Positions 48,518-59,072 of a stretch of 64,000 bases of DNA are shown one piece after another. A program made the position numbers and the translations under genes. Source of the stretch: Candidatus Moraniibacteriota bacterium (GTDB lineage: Bacteria; Patescibacteriota; Minisyncoccia; Moranbacterales; UBA1568); the NCBI GenBank assembly GCA_030648835.1, contig JAUSGT010000001.1:133010-197009 (forward strand), read 5' to 3'. How positions within the stretch are numbered: position 1 is the stretch's first letter; every line of letters starts with the position of its first letter. The notes below the pieces were generated by a model. It was not told the DNA's origin and did not search any database. It saw only the letters and a list, made by a program, of their open reading frames with translations.

Positions 48518-50623
48518 TTACTTTTCCAGGCGGATGCGTGCGTCGAGGACGCGGAAGTTTTCAGCCTTCGGGAAAGACAACAGGGGATTCAGATCCAGTT
48601 CCGCGATTTCCGGGAAATCCTCTGCCAGCTGCGAAAGACGACCGATCATCGTGATAAGCGTTTCGAGATGGATGCCGTGTTGCCCGCGCGTCCCTTGGAG
48701 GAGAGGGAAAGCTTTGAGTTCGTGGAGCATTTCCTCTGCGTCTTCGCGGGTGAGGGGGGCGAAGCGGAGAGCAGTGTCTTTGAATGTTTCGACAAAAATA
48801 CCACCGAGACCCGCCAGAACGACAGTTCCCAGTCCGGGCTCTTTCTTCAATCCGAGGATGATTTCTTGGCCTCCTTCCTCCGCCATTTCAACGACGAGCG
48901 CGCCGAGGAGTCGCGCTTTGGGAACATGTTCTTTCACTTGCGCCATCAGTTTTTCGTAAGCCTCTCCCGCATCTTTTGGTTCGACATTGAGTATGACGCC
49001 GCCCACATCGGATTTATGGATGATATCCGGTGAAACGATTTTGAGCGCCACTTTTTTATCGATTTTTTCCGCGACAGAGGCGGCTTCTTCTTTGTTGTTC
49101 ACGAGAGAGGTCGCAAAAAATGGAAATCCGTAGGCGATGAGTATTTCACTGGCTTCTTTTTCTGTGAGGGCGGCGCGACCGGCATTTTTCGCGGCCTGTA
49201 TGATAGTGGCGGCTTTTTCATGGTCGGGGTTTTCCGGAGAAAAAGGTGTAGGAGAAGTTTCTTTGCGCCAATTGGCCACCTGAGCGAGCGCGGCGAGTGC
49301 TTCCGCAGCGGCTTCGGGATAGGTGACGGTAGTGATGGCGTTTTTTTGGAGCGCGGCGAGTCCATCTTGAAAAGAAACCTTCCCCGCGAAGACGGCGATG
49401 ATTGGTTTCGGTGTATGTTGTTTGATGGATACGATGGCTTCAGCCGTTTCTTTGGCTTGTGTCATCGTTTGTGGTGTCACGATGACGAGCAGCATATCGA
49501 TTTGGTCATCAGCCACGACAATTTCCATGGCAGCCCGGTAACGATCGGCCAGAGCGTCTCCGAGCACATCGATCGGGTTCAGAGCGCTGCCGGCTTTGGG
49601 CAAGATGGTTGTCAGTTTTTCCTGGGTTTCCTGGGACAGTGTGGCAACGCGCAAGCCGTTTGTCACGGCAGCGTCGGTGGCCAGGACTCCCAGACCCCCG
49701 GCGTTCGTCACGATGGCCAAGCGGTTGTTTTCCGGCAGTGAGTTATGCGAGAAAGCCGTGAGAAAGTGAGTAAGCTGTTCGAGATTTGCGGCGCGAACGA
49801 TGCGCGCCTGTTTGAAAAGGGCAGAATACGTAGCATCATTACCGGCCAGCGCTCCGGTATGCGAGCCGGAAGCGCTCTCGCCGGCCGTGGTGGTTCCTGA
49901 TTTGAGGACGATGATCGGCTTGGCTTCCGCGCGGGCGAGAATCTCTCGGCCGATTTTGATGAGCGTGTTACCGTCCGTCAATCCTTCGGTATAAAAACCG
50001 AGTGTTTTGACGTTTTCATCTTTTGCAAAATAGCGGAGCAATTCATTTTCACCGATCATGGTCTTGTTGCCGATAGAGACGAAGTGGGAAAAATCCAAAG
50101 TATCCACACTGAGATCGATGAGGGCGGTAGAGAGCGCTCCGCTTTGCGAAAAGAAAGCGATAGACCCGTCATGGGGGAGATGTTTGGCAAAAGAGGCGTT
50201 GAGTCCGATCTTCGGATGGAGAAATCCGAGACAATTGGGACCGAGTAGTGTGATGTCGAATTCTTGGGCGATAGTCAGAACAGTTTCCTCGAGCGCTTTT
50301 CCTGTGGCTCCGGTTTCTTTGAATCCGGAAGAAATGATGATGGCGGCGCGGATATTTTTTTCTCCCGCTTCACGCAAGACCGCGGGCACTATGTCTGCCG
50401 GGACGATGATGATAGCCAGATCGACAGCCTCCGGGATATCGGCAACGCGTTTGTAACAAGGCAGATCGAACAGTCTGTCGGTTTTCGGATTTACCGGATA
50501 CACTTTTCCCCTGTAACCGTTTTTCAGGAGATTCTCGGTCAGGGTGTATCCGACACTGCCGGCTTTGGTCGACGCGCCGATGACAGCGATGGACTGTGGC
50601 GAAAAGAGGGTATCGAGATGCAT
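48518..50623 (-). CDS. Acetate--CoA ligase (ADP-forming), fused alpha/beta
   Basis: IAVIGAS, LLGPNCLG, SHTGALAG, NPIDVLGD, KIVSPDIIHKSDVGGV, LDLNP; start at ATG 50623. Confidence 0.9.
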   Translation of the reverse strand: MHLDTLFSPQSIAVIGASTKAGSVGYTLTENLLKNGYRGKVYPVNPKTDRLFDLPCYKRVADIPEAVDLAIIIVPADIVPAVLREAGEKNIRAAIIISSGFKETGATGKALEETVLTIAQEFDITLLGPNCLGFLHPKIGLNASFAKHLPHDGSIAFFSQSGALSTALIDLSVDTLDFSHFVSIGNKTMIGENELLRYFAKDENVKTLGFYTEGLTDGNTLIKIGREILARAEAKPIIVLKSGTTTAGESASGSHTGALAGNDATYSALFKQARIVRAANLEQLTHFLTAFSHNSLPENNRLAIVTNAGGLGVLATDAAVTNGLRVATLSQETQEKLTTILPKAGSALNPIDVLGDALADRYRAAMEIVVADDQIDMLLVIVTPQTMTQAKETAEAIVSIKQHTPKPIIAVFAGKVSFQDGLAALQKNAITTVTYPEAAAEALAALAQVANWRKETSPTPFSPENPDHEKAATIIQAAKNAGRAALTEKEASEILIAYGFPFFATSLVNNKEEAASVAEKIDKKVALKIVSPDIIHKSDVGGVILNVEPKDAGEAYEKLMAQVKEHVPKARLLGALVVEMAEEGGQEIILGLKKEPGLGTVVLAGLGGIFVETFKDTALRFAPLTREDAEEMLHELKAFPLLQGTRGQHGIHLETLITMIGRLSQLAEDFPEIAELDLNPLLSFPKAENFRVLDARIRLEK

Positions 50624-50832
50624 AGATATCGAAGAAGAATTATGAATTACGAATCCCTGCCCGTCCGACAGGTGGGATAAATTGTGAACAAAAGAAAACC
50701 AAAAAACCAAAGGATTTTTACCGTGATTCCTAATTCCTGATTCTTTCCCCAATTGTAGCGGAAAACCGCGGTATTGACAAAAATGCGGAAATTTGCTAGT
50801 ATATGATGTTTAAGAATTAATTGAACGCACCT

Positions 50833-51789
50833 ATGCAAAGTCGTAATTTTTGGCTCTCTAGAGAGGTAATTCTTGGTTTGGCGTTCGGGCTCGTGCTCGT
50901 TGTGCCGGTTTTTGTTTTTGGCGGTTCCCAAACGCTCTATGTCGATAAAGATGCCAGTGGAAGCGAAAACGGTACTTCTTCCCATCCGTATCGTACTATT
51001 TCCAAGGCATTGAAAAATGCCGATGGAGGGACTGAAGTGAGAATCAAGAACGGAACCTATAAGGAAAATATCACCATTCCCAAAGGAGTGAAGGTATTGA
51101 GTGACAGCAAAAAGCGCGACAAAGTTGTTATCGAAAACGATAACAAAAATTTGCCGACGGTGACTATGAAACACAATACGGCTTTGAGCTATGTCACGGT
51201 AAAGGGTGGCCGGCATGGGGTGCGTATTCTCGAAGATGCCAAGGCGCATATTTTTGATGCGGTAATCAAAAAAAGCGATCGGGATGGCATTCATATCGAT
51301 GCGGCAACGCGTGACAAGAAACATCAAGTTATAATCGATAAGGTGAGGGTTACCAATAATGATCGAACCGGTATTTTTTCCGAGAAGCGTTTTATCGTGA
51401 TTATCAACAGCGATATTGTTTCCAACGGCAGCGATGGTATCAATTTGGCGGCGGGGACGAAGGCCTGGTTTGAAAATGACCGTTTCAACGACAACAAGGG
51501 GAGTGGCGCGAAACTGGTTCTGGACGGAGCTTCTATTTTCAGCAAGAAGAACAGTTTCCGTGACAACAAGCGCGAAGGCGTCGAAGTAAACGCGTCCGGG
51601 GCGGCTGGAACTATCGAATTGAAGAGAGCTTCTTTCGTGGGTAACGATCGTTATGGTGTCGCTCGCGTGGCCCGCACAGTGGCCGGGACTCGTATGTTCG
51701 GCAATCTTTCTTTCGGTACCGGTATCAACGCGAGTCGCTTCGAAGCGAATGCGTTCGGCAGTCTCTCATCTATCGTCAAAGGGTTTTAA
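50833..51789 (+). CDS. Secreted right-handed beta-helix (pectin-lyase-fold, DUF1565-like) protein
   Basis: YVD...GTSSHPYRTISKAL..GTYKE; repeated NxxxG beta-helix turns. Confidence 0.78.
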   Translation: MQSRNFWLSREVILGLAFGLVLVVPVFVFGGSQTLYVDKDASGSENGTSSHPYRTISKALKNADGGTEVRIKNGTYKENITIPKGVKVLSDSKKRDKVVIENDNKNLPTVTMKHNTALSYVTVKGGRHGVRILEDAKAHIFDAVIKKSDRDGIHIDAATRDKKHQVIIDKVRVTNNDRTGIFSEKRFIVIINSDIVSNGSDGINLAAGTKAWFENDRFNDNKGSGAKLVLDGASIFSKKNSFRDNKREGVEVNASGAAGTIELKRASFVGNDRYGVARVARTVAGTRMFGNLSFGTGINASRFEANAFGSLSSIVKGF

Positions 51790-51835
51790 GTATCTTGTTT
51801 AAAGGGAGAGAACTCCTAGGGGTGTACTATCAAAT

Positions 51836-53005
51836 ATGAAAATAGCTTTTATCGGACAAAAAGGGATTCCGGCACTTTCCGGCGGTGTTGAAAAACACGT
51901 CGAGAAATTGGCTGTGCATTTGGCGGCCCTGGGTCACGATATCACCGTGTATACCCGCCCGGCGTATACCGACAAGACCTTGAAAGAATATCAGGGAGTG
52001 AAATTGATTTCTTTGTCGAGTATCAGGACAAAACACTTGGACGCCGTCTCGCATACTTTTTTGGCGACGGCGCATGCCCTGTTCCAGAATTATGACGTGG
52101 TGCACTATCATTCCATCGGACCGAGCGTCTTCTCGATACTCCCGCGCATTTTTCGTGGCGGGATGCGAGTCGTGGCGACGTTTCATAGCCGTGATTATTT
52201 TCACAAGAAGTGGAATGTGTTCGCCCGGCTGTTTCTTCAGTTGGCCGAAAAGATCACGTGCACGGTTCCGGAAAAAACCATTGTCATCAGTGAAACGCTC
52301 AAACGCTATGCCGAGGAAAAATACGCGCGCAAGTTTTCCTTGGTTCCCAACGGAGCCGATGTCGCCTTTGAGCCCGATACGAACTTTTTGAATCAGTGGG
52401 GACTCAGACCGAAACGGTATATTTTGTCGGTCAGCCGTCTCATCGCGCACAAGGGCATTCACTATCTCATCAAGGCGTTCAACGAGCTGGAGAATATGAA
52501 CAAAATTCCCAATAATTTCAAATTGGTGATTGTCGGCGCGCCGACGTACACGAAAGAATATGAGACGTATTTGAAAGTGCTGGCGGAGGGACACAGCAAT
52601 ATCATTTTTGTCGGTGAACAGACCGGGAAAACATTGGAGGAATTGTTTTCTCACGCGTATCTTTTTGTGCAGCCGTCGGAAGACGAGGGATTGTCGCTGG
52701 CGCTGCTCGAAGCGATGGGACATGGTTTGATGCCGATTGTCAGCGATATTCCCGCGAATCGTGAGGCGATTGCCAACACCGGAGCGTTTTTCCCGAGCAA
52801 AGACGCCGTGAGTTTGGAAAAAGAATTGGCCTATTTTATCAATCGTCCCGAGGATGTGGCGGTTCTGGGAAAACTGGCACAGGAACGGGTGCAGGATCAT
52901 TACAGTTGGGACGCCATTGCTCGGCGAACATTTGAAGTGTATGAAGAAGCTTTGCATCAAAACAGTAGCGCTCGAGAACCATATGCCTCATATCGTACAA
53001 AATAA
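51836..53005 (+). CDS. Glycosyltransferase family 4
   Basis: IGQKGIP..GGVEKHV; EGLSLALLEAM. Confidence 0.9.
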   Translation: MKIAFIGQKGIPALSGGVEKHVEKLAVHLAALGHDITVYTRPAYTDKTLKEYQGVKLISLSSIRTKHLDAVSHTFLATAHALFQNYDVVHYHSIGPSVFSILPRIFRGGMRVVATFHSRDYFHKKWNVFARLFLQLAEKITCTVPEKTIVISETLKRYAEEKYARKFSLVPNGADVAFEPDTNFLNQWGLRPKRYILSVSRLIAHKGIHYLIKAFNELENMNKIPNNFKLVIVGAPTYTKEYETYLKVLAEGHSNIIFVGEQTGKTLEELFSHAYLFVQPSEDEGLSLALLEAMGHGLMPIVSDIPANREAIANTGAFFPSKDAVSLEKELAYFINRPEDVAVLGKLAQERVQDHYSWDAIARRTFEVYEEALHQNSSAREPYASYRTK

Positions 53006-54122
53006 ATTCGCTTTTCCGGCTTCCTGGACACGCGCCTTCGCGGTGACGCTGTTTTTTGTTACGCTTTCGGCGGGGCTGGTCTGGTTGGATTTTTTTCGCA
53101 GTTACAGCGCGGAAGTGACTGTTCTCGTTGTTTCTCGTCCGACTATCTCCCAAAGCGGCCAAGATGTGGCGGGAAATCTCGTGGCGCTCACGCGGACTCT
53201 TTCTTTTTATGATCGGGTGCTTGTCGACAATGATCTCATTGACGATCCTTTTGACGGATATGCTCCGGATAAACGCAAAGAATTTTGGAACGATACGGTT
53301 ACCGTGAAAAAGTTGGACGGCGGCAGCGTACTTGGAGTGCGGGCGGTTGGAAACACGCCGGAAGAAGCGACCCTGCTCGCTGCCCAGACAGCTCAGACGC
53401 TTTTTTCTGTCGCGGGTCTTTATTACAACGTGAAGACGGATATCGATCTTCGGATCATCGATGGACCGCTTCTCCGCTATGTCCTGGTGAAACCGTTTCT
53501 TTTTGGCGGAGTGAGTCTCCTCAGCGGATTTTTTGTTACGGCGCTTTTCTTCTTTCTGTTGAACGCAATACCGGGATTCATCGTGGGGCGGAAAAGAGAA
53601 TTTTCTCTGGATGAAATTTTAGACGAACACGCTCTTGCGGAAAAATATGCCGTACCGGAAAAGGCGTATCCGGAATTTTCTCTTGGTGAAACGGTGCCTT
53701 GGATCGACCCCAGGAAGTTTATTCCCGCCAAGCCCAAGACGCTTTCCTTTGAGAATATGGTACAGGAAGTGGAAAAAAGAACATCTTCCGGCGGTATGCG
53801 CGCTCCGGCGCCGGTGAATTTGCCGACCGCTCCGAGTGATATGGAACTTCCCGTCATGGATGAAGCGGAACTGCCTTTTGAATTTGAAACTCCGGTGGAG
53901 GAACCGGAAGCCTTCTTTTCATCCATACAAGGAGAGCCGCTCGGTTTTCCTGTCCGAGGTGAGCATTCGATCGCGCCGAATACGGAAACGCCGGATCAGG
54001 ATGAATCCATTTCGTCCGAACGAGAACGAGGTGAGCCAGCTTCCGCTAAGCTTCAGTCTGGTGAACCGACAGCCGACGAATACAAACGTCGTTTGAACGA
54101 ACTTTTGTCCGGAAGCGATTAG
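52983..54122 (+). CDS. Wzz-like protein with acidic, Pro-rich cytoplasmic tail
   Basis: Two TM helices, IIDGP before TM2, disordered tail ending EYKRRLNELL. Confidence 0.6.
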   Translation: MPHIVQNKFAFPASWTRAFAVTLFFVTLSAGLVWLDFFRSYSAEVTVLVVSRPTISQSGQDVAGNLVALTRTLSFYDRVLVDNDLIDDPFDGYAPDKRKEFWNDTVTVKKLDGGSVLGVRAVGNTPEEATLLAAQTAQTLFSVAGLYYNVKTDIDLRIIDGPLLRYVLVKPFLFGGVSLLSGFFVTALFFFLLNAIPGFIVGRKREFSLDEILDEHALAEKYAVPEKAYPEFSLGETVPWIDPRKFIPAKPKTLSFENMVQEVEKRTSSGGMRAPAPVNLPTAPSDMELPVMDEAELPFEFETPVEEPEAFFSSIQGEPLGFPVRGEHSIAPNTETPDQDESISSERERGEPASAKLQSGEPTADEYKRRLNELLSGSD

Positions 54123-54124
54123 GT

Positions 54125-54259
54125 TATGCCCGGTAGTAGAACTTCGATCAAATATTGAAACGAAGTTTTTTAAACCGAAGCCTTGGTAATAAAGTAACAT
54201 TTGATGCACAGAGATAGTTCACATAATGAAAGACTATCGAAGTTTCACTACCGGGTATG
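54125..54259 (+). mobile_element. Start-codon-associated inverted-repeat element, copy 7 (type B)
   Basis: TATG-CCCGGTAGTAGAACTTCGAT...ATCGAAGTTTCACTACCGGG-TATG; 127-bp core. Confidence 0.8.
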
Positions 54260-55630
54260 CAAAAAAAACACTCGACAAAATTTTGGATAATTTTTTACGC
54301 CGGAGCGATTCTTTTTCTTTTCGGTTGGTTTGTTTTTTGGCAGGTAAAAAATCATACATGGGGGAGTCTCGAGAGTCTGCTCGCGGTGGCGCCGCTTACG
54401 GAGGAGACAAAAACCGATTTGCAAACCATCGTTTCTTTGGCTGACGCGCTGTTATCTCCCGACGGTCGAGAAAAGACGTTTCTCATTCTTTTCCAAAACA
54501 ATTTGGAATTGCGTCCCGGGGGCGGTTTTATCGGATCATTCGGTATTTTGAAGTTGCAGAACGGCAATGTCGTTGATTTCGCCGTACACGATACCGGTAA
54601 TTTTGATGGCCGCATCCCGAGTACGGTCGAGCCTCCGTACCCGATGCATGAAACACTCAGAATCAATTCGTGGAAATTGCGTGACTCGAACTACTCGCCC
54701 GATTTTTCGGAAAACGCCAAATGGGCGGAAACTTTTTATCAAATGGGGCAGGGAGAAGAGCGTTTCGATGGGGTGATCGCCGTGACAACCAATGTTTTGA
54801 CGTCGTTTTTGAAAGTGACCGGACCGGTTGACATTCCGGGATTCCCCGGTACGTACGGTCAAGATAACGCCATTCTCGATCTTGAGTATCAGGTTGAGAA
54901 AGGGTATCGCACGCAAGACATCACTCCGGGCGAACGGAAATCCGTAATGGGGAGTTTGGGGATGGAGATTCTGCGACGCGCGAAAGCTTTGTCACTTTCC
55001 AAGAAATATGAACTCTTCCGGACGGTCTTGGCTGATTTGCATACAAAAGATATTCAGATTCTTTTCAAAGACCCGCTTCTCCAAGAGCGGGTAGCGGCGG
55101 CCGGTTGGGATGGCGCACTGGACCGAACGTGGAGAGACGATTATTTGTATCTGGTTGATGCGAATCTCAATTCTTTCAAGACCGATTACTTCATCAAGCG
55201 ATCGTACGCGTATACGGTAGATCTCACAGGGGAGATACCACGCTCTACGCTCGCGGTTACCTACCGCAATACGGCACAAGTGCGCGATTGGTTCGCCAAA
55301 GATTATCAGACTTTTTTCCGCGCCTATGTTCCGGGGGGAAGTTTTTTGGAGAAGGTTGCCGGTGCTGCCAGTGATCCTGTGTATGGCGAGTTTCTGGGTA
55401 AGAAATATTTCGGAGTATTGGTGCAGGTGCCCATTCAGATGGAAAAGACGGTAACGTTCGAATATACGTTGCCGAAAAATATTGAGCGGGAATGGTACGA
55501 CCTGAAAATCCAGAAACAGCCGGGACTCAGTGACATACCGGTTACTCTGACGGTTATCAAAAAAGATGGATCAAGGGAAGAAAAGAATTTGCTACTGACT
55601 AGAGATACGATATGGAGTGAATTGAAATAA
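54257..55630 (+). CDS. DUF4012-like protein
   Basis: LILFQNNLELRPGGGFIGS, LRDSNYSPDF, QKQPG. Confidence 0.75.
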   Translation: MQKKHSTKFWIIFYAGAILFLFGWFVFWQVKNHTWGSLESLLAVAPLTEETKTDLQTIVSLADALLSPDGREKTFLILFQNNLELRPGGGFIGSFGILKLQNGNVVDFAVHDTGNFDGRIPSTVEPPYPMHETLRINSWKLRDSNYSPDFSENAKWAETFYQMGQGEERFDGVIAVTTNVLTSFLKVTGPVDIPGFPGTYGQDNAILDLEYQVEKGYRTQDITPGERKSVMGSLGMEILRRAKALSLSKKYELFRTVLADLHTKDIQILFKDPLLQERVAAAGWDGALDRTWRDDYLYLVDANLNSFKTDYFIKRSYAYTVDLTGEIPRSTLAVTYRNTAQVRDWFAKDYQTFFRAYVPGGSFLEKVAGAASDPVYGEFLGKKYFGVLVQVPIQMEKTVTFEYTLPKNIEREWYDLKIQKQPGLSDIPVTLTVIKKDGSREEKNLLLTRDTIWSELK

Positions 55631-55789
55631 TGGAGGTTTGCATGTGCGTCACTTTGTAAAAATGCCCATTTCCGGGCATTTTTGCTTTTATTTTTGTGAT
55701 ATAATAGGAGAGCGACGATTTAATATTTCCCAAAACTATTTTTTCTTACTCTTGATTCCTGATTCATAATTCTTGATTCCTCTTCAAAC

Positions 55790-56482
55790 ATGCGTTTCGA
55801 TATTATTTCTCTTTTTCCGGAAAGTTTCACCTCGTATTTTGGCGTGTCCATTCTGAAGCGGGCAGCGGAGGACGGGCTTATCGAGATTCATACGCACCAT
55901 CTGCGTGACTTTACTCATGATAAGCACAAAACGGTCGATGATACGCCGTATGGCGGTGGAGCCGGGATGCTTCTCAAGGTGGAACCGCTGGCGGAAGCGA
56001 TTGAGGCAGTAGTAAATAGTAAGCAGCAAGTAGCAAGCGAAGAAAAAAAAAGAGTGATACTTTTTTCTGCCAAGGGAAAAACTTTCACACAAGCCGATGC
56101 CCGGCGTTTATCCGAATATGAACGTTTGATTTTGGTGTGTGGCCGATATGAGGGGGTTGATGAACGGGTGGCGGAAAACTTCGTGGATGAAGAACTTTCT
56201 ATCGGCGATTATGTATTGACGGGCGGAGAATTACCGGCGATGGTGGTTGTGGACGCGGTGGCGCGGCTCTTGCCGGGAGTCCTCGGCAACAGCGAGAGCG
56301 CGGAAACGGAATCGCATACTCTTTCAGGTATTGTGGAGTATCCGCAGTATACGAAGCCGGAAGAATTTCGGGGCTGGCGCGTACCTGACGTACTCCTTTC
56401 CGGACACCACGCCGAAATTGCCAAGTGGAGAGAAAAACAGGCGAAGGAGATAAGTGAGAAAAGAAACAATAGAAATACCTAA
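55790..56482 (+). CDS. trmD: tRNA (guanine37-N1)-methyltransferase
   Basis: [32 protein letters not shown]. Confidence 0.97.
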   Translation: MRFDIISLFPESFTSYFGVSILKRAAEDGLIEIHTHHLRDFTHDKHKTVDDTPYGGGAGMLLKVEPLAEAIEAVVNSKQQVASEEKKRVILFSAKGKTFTQADARRLSEYERLILVCGRYEGVDERVAENFVDEELSIGDYVLTGGELPAMVVVDAVARLLPGVLGNSESAETESHTLSGIVEYPQYTKPEEFRGWRVPDVLLSGHHAEIAKWREKQAKEISEKRNNRNT

Positions 56483-56597
56483 TATCTAATCAATACTTCA
56501 ATGCTTCAATATAAAATAATCTTGTCAAGATATTAAAAAATTAGACTTTGGAAATTAGATATTCATTAGGTATTAGAAATTAGGTATTAGATATTTA
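56474..56597. repeat. Inverted pair of degenerate heptamer arrays
   Basis: Shares AGATATTCATTAGGTATTAGAAATTAG with the 9427-9530 element. Confidence 0.7.
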
Positions 56598-56599
56598 CT

Positions 56600-57700
56600 A
56601 TGTCCAAGTCCATCGATCGCCCGCTCCTCATCGCTATCTTGATCCTTTTGTGCATCGGGCTTTTGATGATTGCCAGTGCCGGAGTGTTGTATGGCCGAGT
56701 GCGTTTCGGCGACGCGTACTATTTTTTTAAACAACAACTTATCGGTCTCGGCGTCGGACTCATCCTTCTCTACATATTTGGGCGTGTGCATTATCTGACC
56801 TGGCGTCGTTTTGTTGTGCCAATATTTTTTGTCGCCCTGGGACTTCTGGTGTTGGTTTTCATCCCTCCTTTCGGTACGACGGTGTATGGCGCGGCGCGCT
56901 GGGTGGCCATCGGTCCGATTTCGTTTCAACCTTCGGAAGTGATGAAACTTTCCATTATTCTGTATCTGGCTTCGTGGTTATCGAGCCGGGGCAAGACGCG
57001 GGTGGCGGATTTTTTTGAGGGACTTGTTCCGTTTCTGATAATTCTTTCCAGCGTCGGGTTTCTTATCATCAAGCAGCCGGATACCGGAACACTGGCTCTT
57101 ATTTTTTTCATTGCCATTTCTATTTTCTTCGCTTCAGGAGCCAATATTTCACACATCCTCTATCTTTTTCTCGCTGCGTTGGCATCTCTTGTGGTGCTTA
57201 TCAAGATAGCCCCATATCGTTTGCAACGTTTTCTTGTTTATGTCAATCCCGATCATGACCCTCAGGGGTTCGGTTACCAGATAACCCAGGCGCTTCTGGC
57301 TATTGGCGCGGGGGGTATTTTCGGTGCGGGTTTGGGACAGAGCCGGCAAAAATTCAATTATCTTCCCGAGCCGGTGACGGATTCCATTTTCGCGGTGCTT
57401 GGAGAAGAGCTCGGTCTCATCGGTACCACAATTGTGGTTTTGCTTTTCCTTTTTGTGGCATACAGGGGGCTTCGTATAGCGCGCCAGGCGCCCGATGAAT
57501 TCGGCAAACTGGTTGCGGTGGGTATCGTCTCATGGATTGTTTTTCAAGCTTTTATCAATATGTCGGCTATCAGCGGACTCATTCCCTTGACCGGTATTCC
57601 TCTGCCGTTTATCAGTTATGGCGGGACGTCCTTGGCGGTGCTCCTGGCCTCGGTGGGAATCTTGCTTAATATTTCCAAACATTCTACACTTAAAGTATAA
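56600..57700 (+). CDS. ftsW: SEDS peptidoglycan polymerase FtsW
   Basis: GAARW, FQPSE..K, QPDTG, YLPEPVTD, LPFISYGG; upstream of murG. Confidence 0.92.
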   Translation: MSKSIDRPLLIAILILLCIGLLMIASAGVLYGRVRFGDAYYFFKQQLIGLGVGLILLYIFGRVHYLTWRRFVVPIFFVALGLLVLVFIPPFGTTVYGAARWVAIGPISFQPSEVMKLSIILYLASWLSSRGKTRVADFFEGLVPFLIILSSVGFLIIKQPDTGTLALIFFIAISIFFASGANISHILYLFLAALASLVVLIKIAPYRLQRFLVYVNPDHDPQGFGYQITQALLAIGAGGIFGAGLGQSRQKFNYLPEPVTDSIFAVLGEELGLIGTTIVVLLFLFVAYRGLRIARQAPDEFGKLVAVGIVSWIVFQAFINMSAISGLIPLTGIPLPFISYGGTSLAVLLASVGILLNISKHSTLKV

Positions 57701-57862
57701 AAAACCTTTATATTCGGTACATTTCGTCGTTATAGCTTCCAGTACTCGACATCGTATTGTGAATACGATTTACTCCGTGCTTCAGTTATGTCTAGAACCG
57801 CACACGAATCTAAAAGTTTTTAAGAACAATTTTGCAGTTTGATATTTATATTTTTCATTTTT

Positions 57863-58990
57863 ATGGCTGATATTCCTCGCGTAGTTTTGACGGGTGGCGT
57901 GTCGGGTGGGCATATGTTCCCGCTTATCGCCGTCGCGCAGTCGCTTCGGAAGCTATTTCCGGGAGGGATAGAATTTTTGTTTATCGGATCGCGTGGAAAT
58001 TTTGAGAGCGATGAGATTGCGGCGGCCGGTATTCCTATGAAGCGCGTTTTGACCGGTAAGTGGCGGCGCTATTTTTCTTTACTGAACATAGTGGATTTTT
58101 TCAAGGTGCCTGTCGGTTTCTTTCAGGCGCTCTGGCATCTTTTTTTCTTTATGCCGGACGCCGTGTTTGCCAAAGGAGGCGCCGCATCGGTGCCTGTCGT
58201 CTTGGCGGCATGGCTCTATCGCATTCCGGTATTGATCCACGATTCTGACGCGGTCGCCGGACGGGCGAATCGTTTTCTTTCTCATTTCGTACAGCGTATC
58301 GCTATCGCTTACCCGAGCGCTCACCAATTTTTTCCGGCCGAAAAAACCGCGCTGACCGGCAATCCGGTGCGACAAGAAATACTTTTGGGTGACGGAGTTC
58401 GAGCCGCTACGCGTTTCAAACTTTCTTTGGAAAAGCCTACCGTCTTTGTTTTTGGCGGCAGTTTGGGCGCGCAAGTTTTGAATATGGCGGTGTTGCGTGT
58501 TCTGCCGAGACTGCTTGAGAAAAATATCCAAGTGCTTCATCAGACGGGCAGTCAGAATCACGAGGCGATCGTTGCCGCGGTTGCGGCTTCCGGTTTGAAA
58601 ATCGGGGAGAGCGGCTATGTGCCGCAGGCATTTTTCAAAGTGGACGAATTGGCCGACGTTATCGCTCTTGCCACGGTGGTTCTTTCGCGCGCGGGGGCGA
58701 GTTCTATCGCGGAGTTGGCTGCCACGAGGAAAGCGGCAATTCTCGTACCGCTTGAGGGAGCCGCCAACGACGAACAACGGATGAACGCGTATGACGTAGC
58801 GGCATTGGGGGGAGCGCTGGTTTTGGAAGAGGCCAATCTCGGAGAGCATATTTTGTTTGAGAAGATCGAAGAGCTTTTGGGGAACGCGGAACTGAGGAAA
58901 GCGATGGGAGAGAAACTGCAATCTTTTTTTCATCCGGACGCGGCCGACGCCATCGCTTCGGGTGTCTATGATCTCATTCAAAATAAATAA
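57863..58990 (+). CDS. murG: MurG N-acetylglucosaminyltransferase
   Basis: TGGVSGGH, TGNPVR, GGSLGA, SRAGA, Q..NA. Confidence 0.94.
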   Translation: MADIPRVVLTGGVSGGHMFPLIAVAQSLRKLFPGGIEFLFIGSRGNFESDEIAAAGIPMKRVLTGKWRRYFSLLNIVDFFKVPVGFFQALWHLFFFMPDAVFAKGGAASVPVVLAAWLYRIPVLIHDSDAVAGRANRFLSHFVQRIAIAYPSAHQFFPAEKTALTGNPVRQEILLGDGVRAATRFKLSLEKPTVFVFGGSLGAQVLNMAVLRVLPRLLEKNIQVLHQTGSQNHEAIVAAVAASGLKIGESGYVPQAFFKVDELADVIALATVVLSRAGASSIAELAATRKAAILVPLEGAANDEQRMNAYDVAALGGALVLEEANLGEHILFEKIEELLGNAELRKAMGEKLQSFFHPDAADAIASGVYDLIQNK

Positions 58991-59072
58991 CAGCCAACAA
59001 TTAACAGATAACAGTTGATGATTCGCTCCAAAATACCAAATACGAGATACTAAATACTGAATACTTTCTCAA

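Noticed and set aside
30102-54259. Type B elements as simple whole-element inversions of type A
   Set aside because: Interior landmarks and arm-adjacent sequences keep the same orientation in both types; only the mismatched dinucleotides are swapped.
5878-54259. Elements as in-frame N-terminal extensions
   Set aside because: Start-to-start distances (127, 129, 128, 128, 124, 134, 131 nt) are mostly not multiples of 3, and every upstream frame hits a stop.
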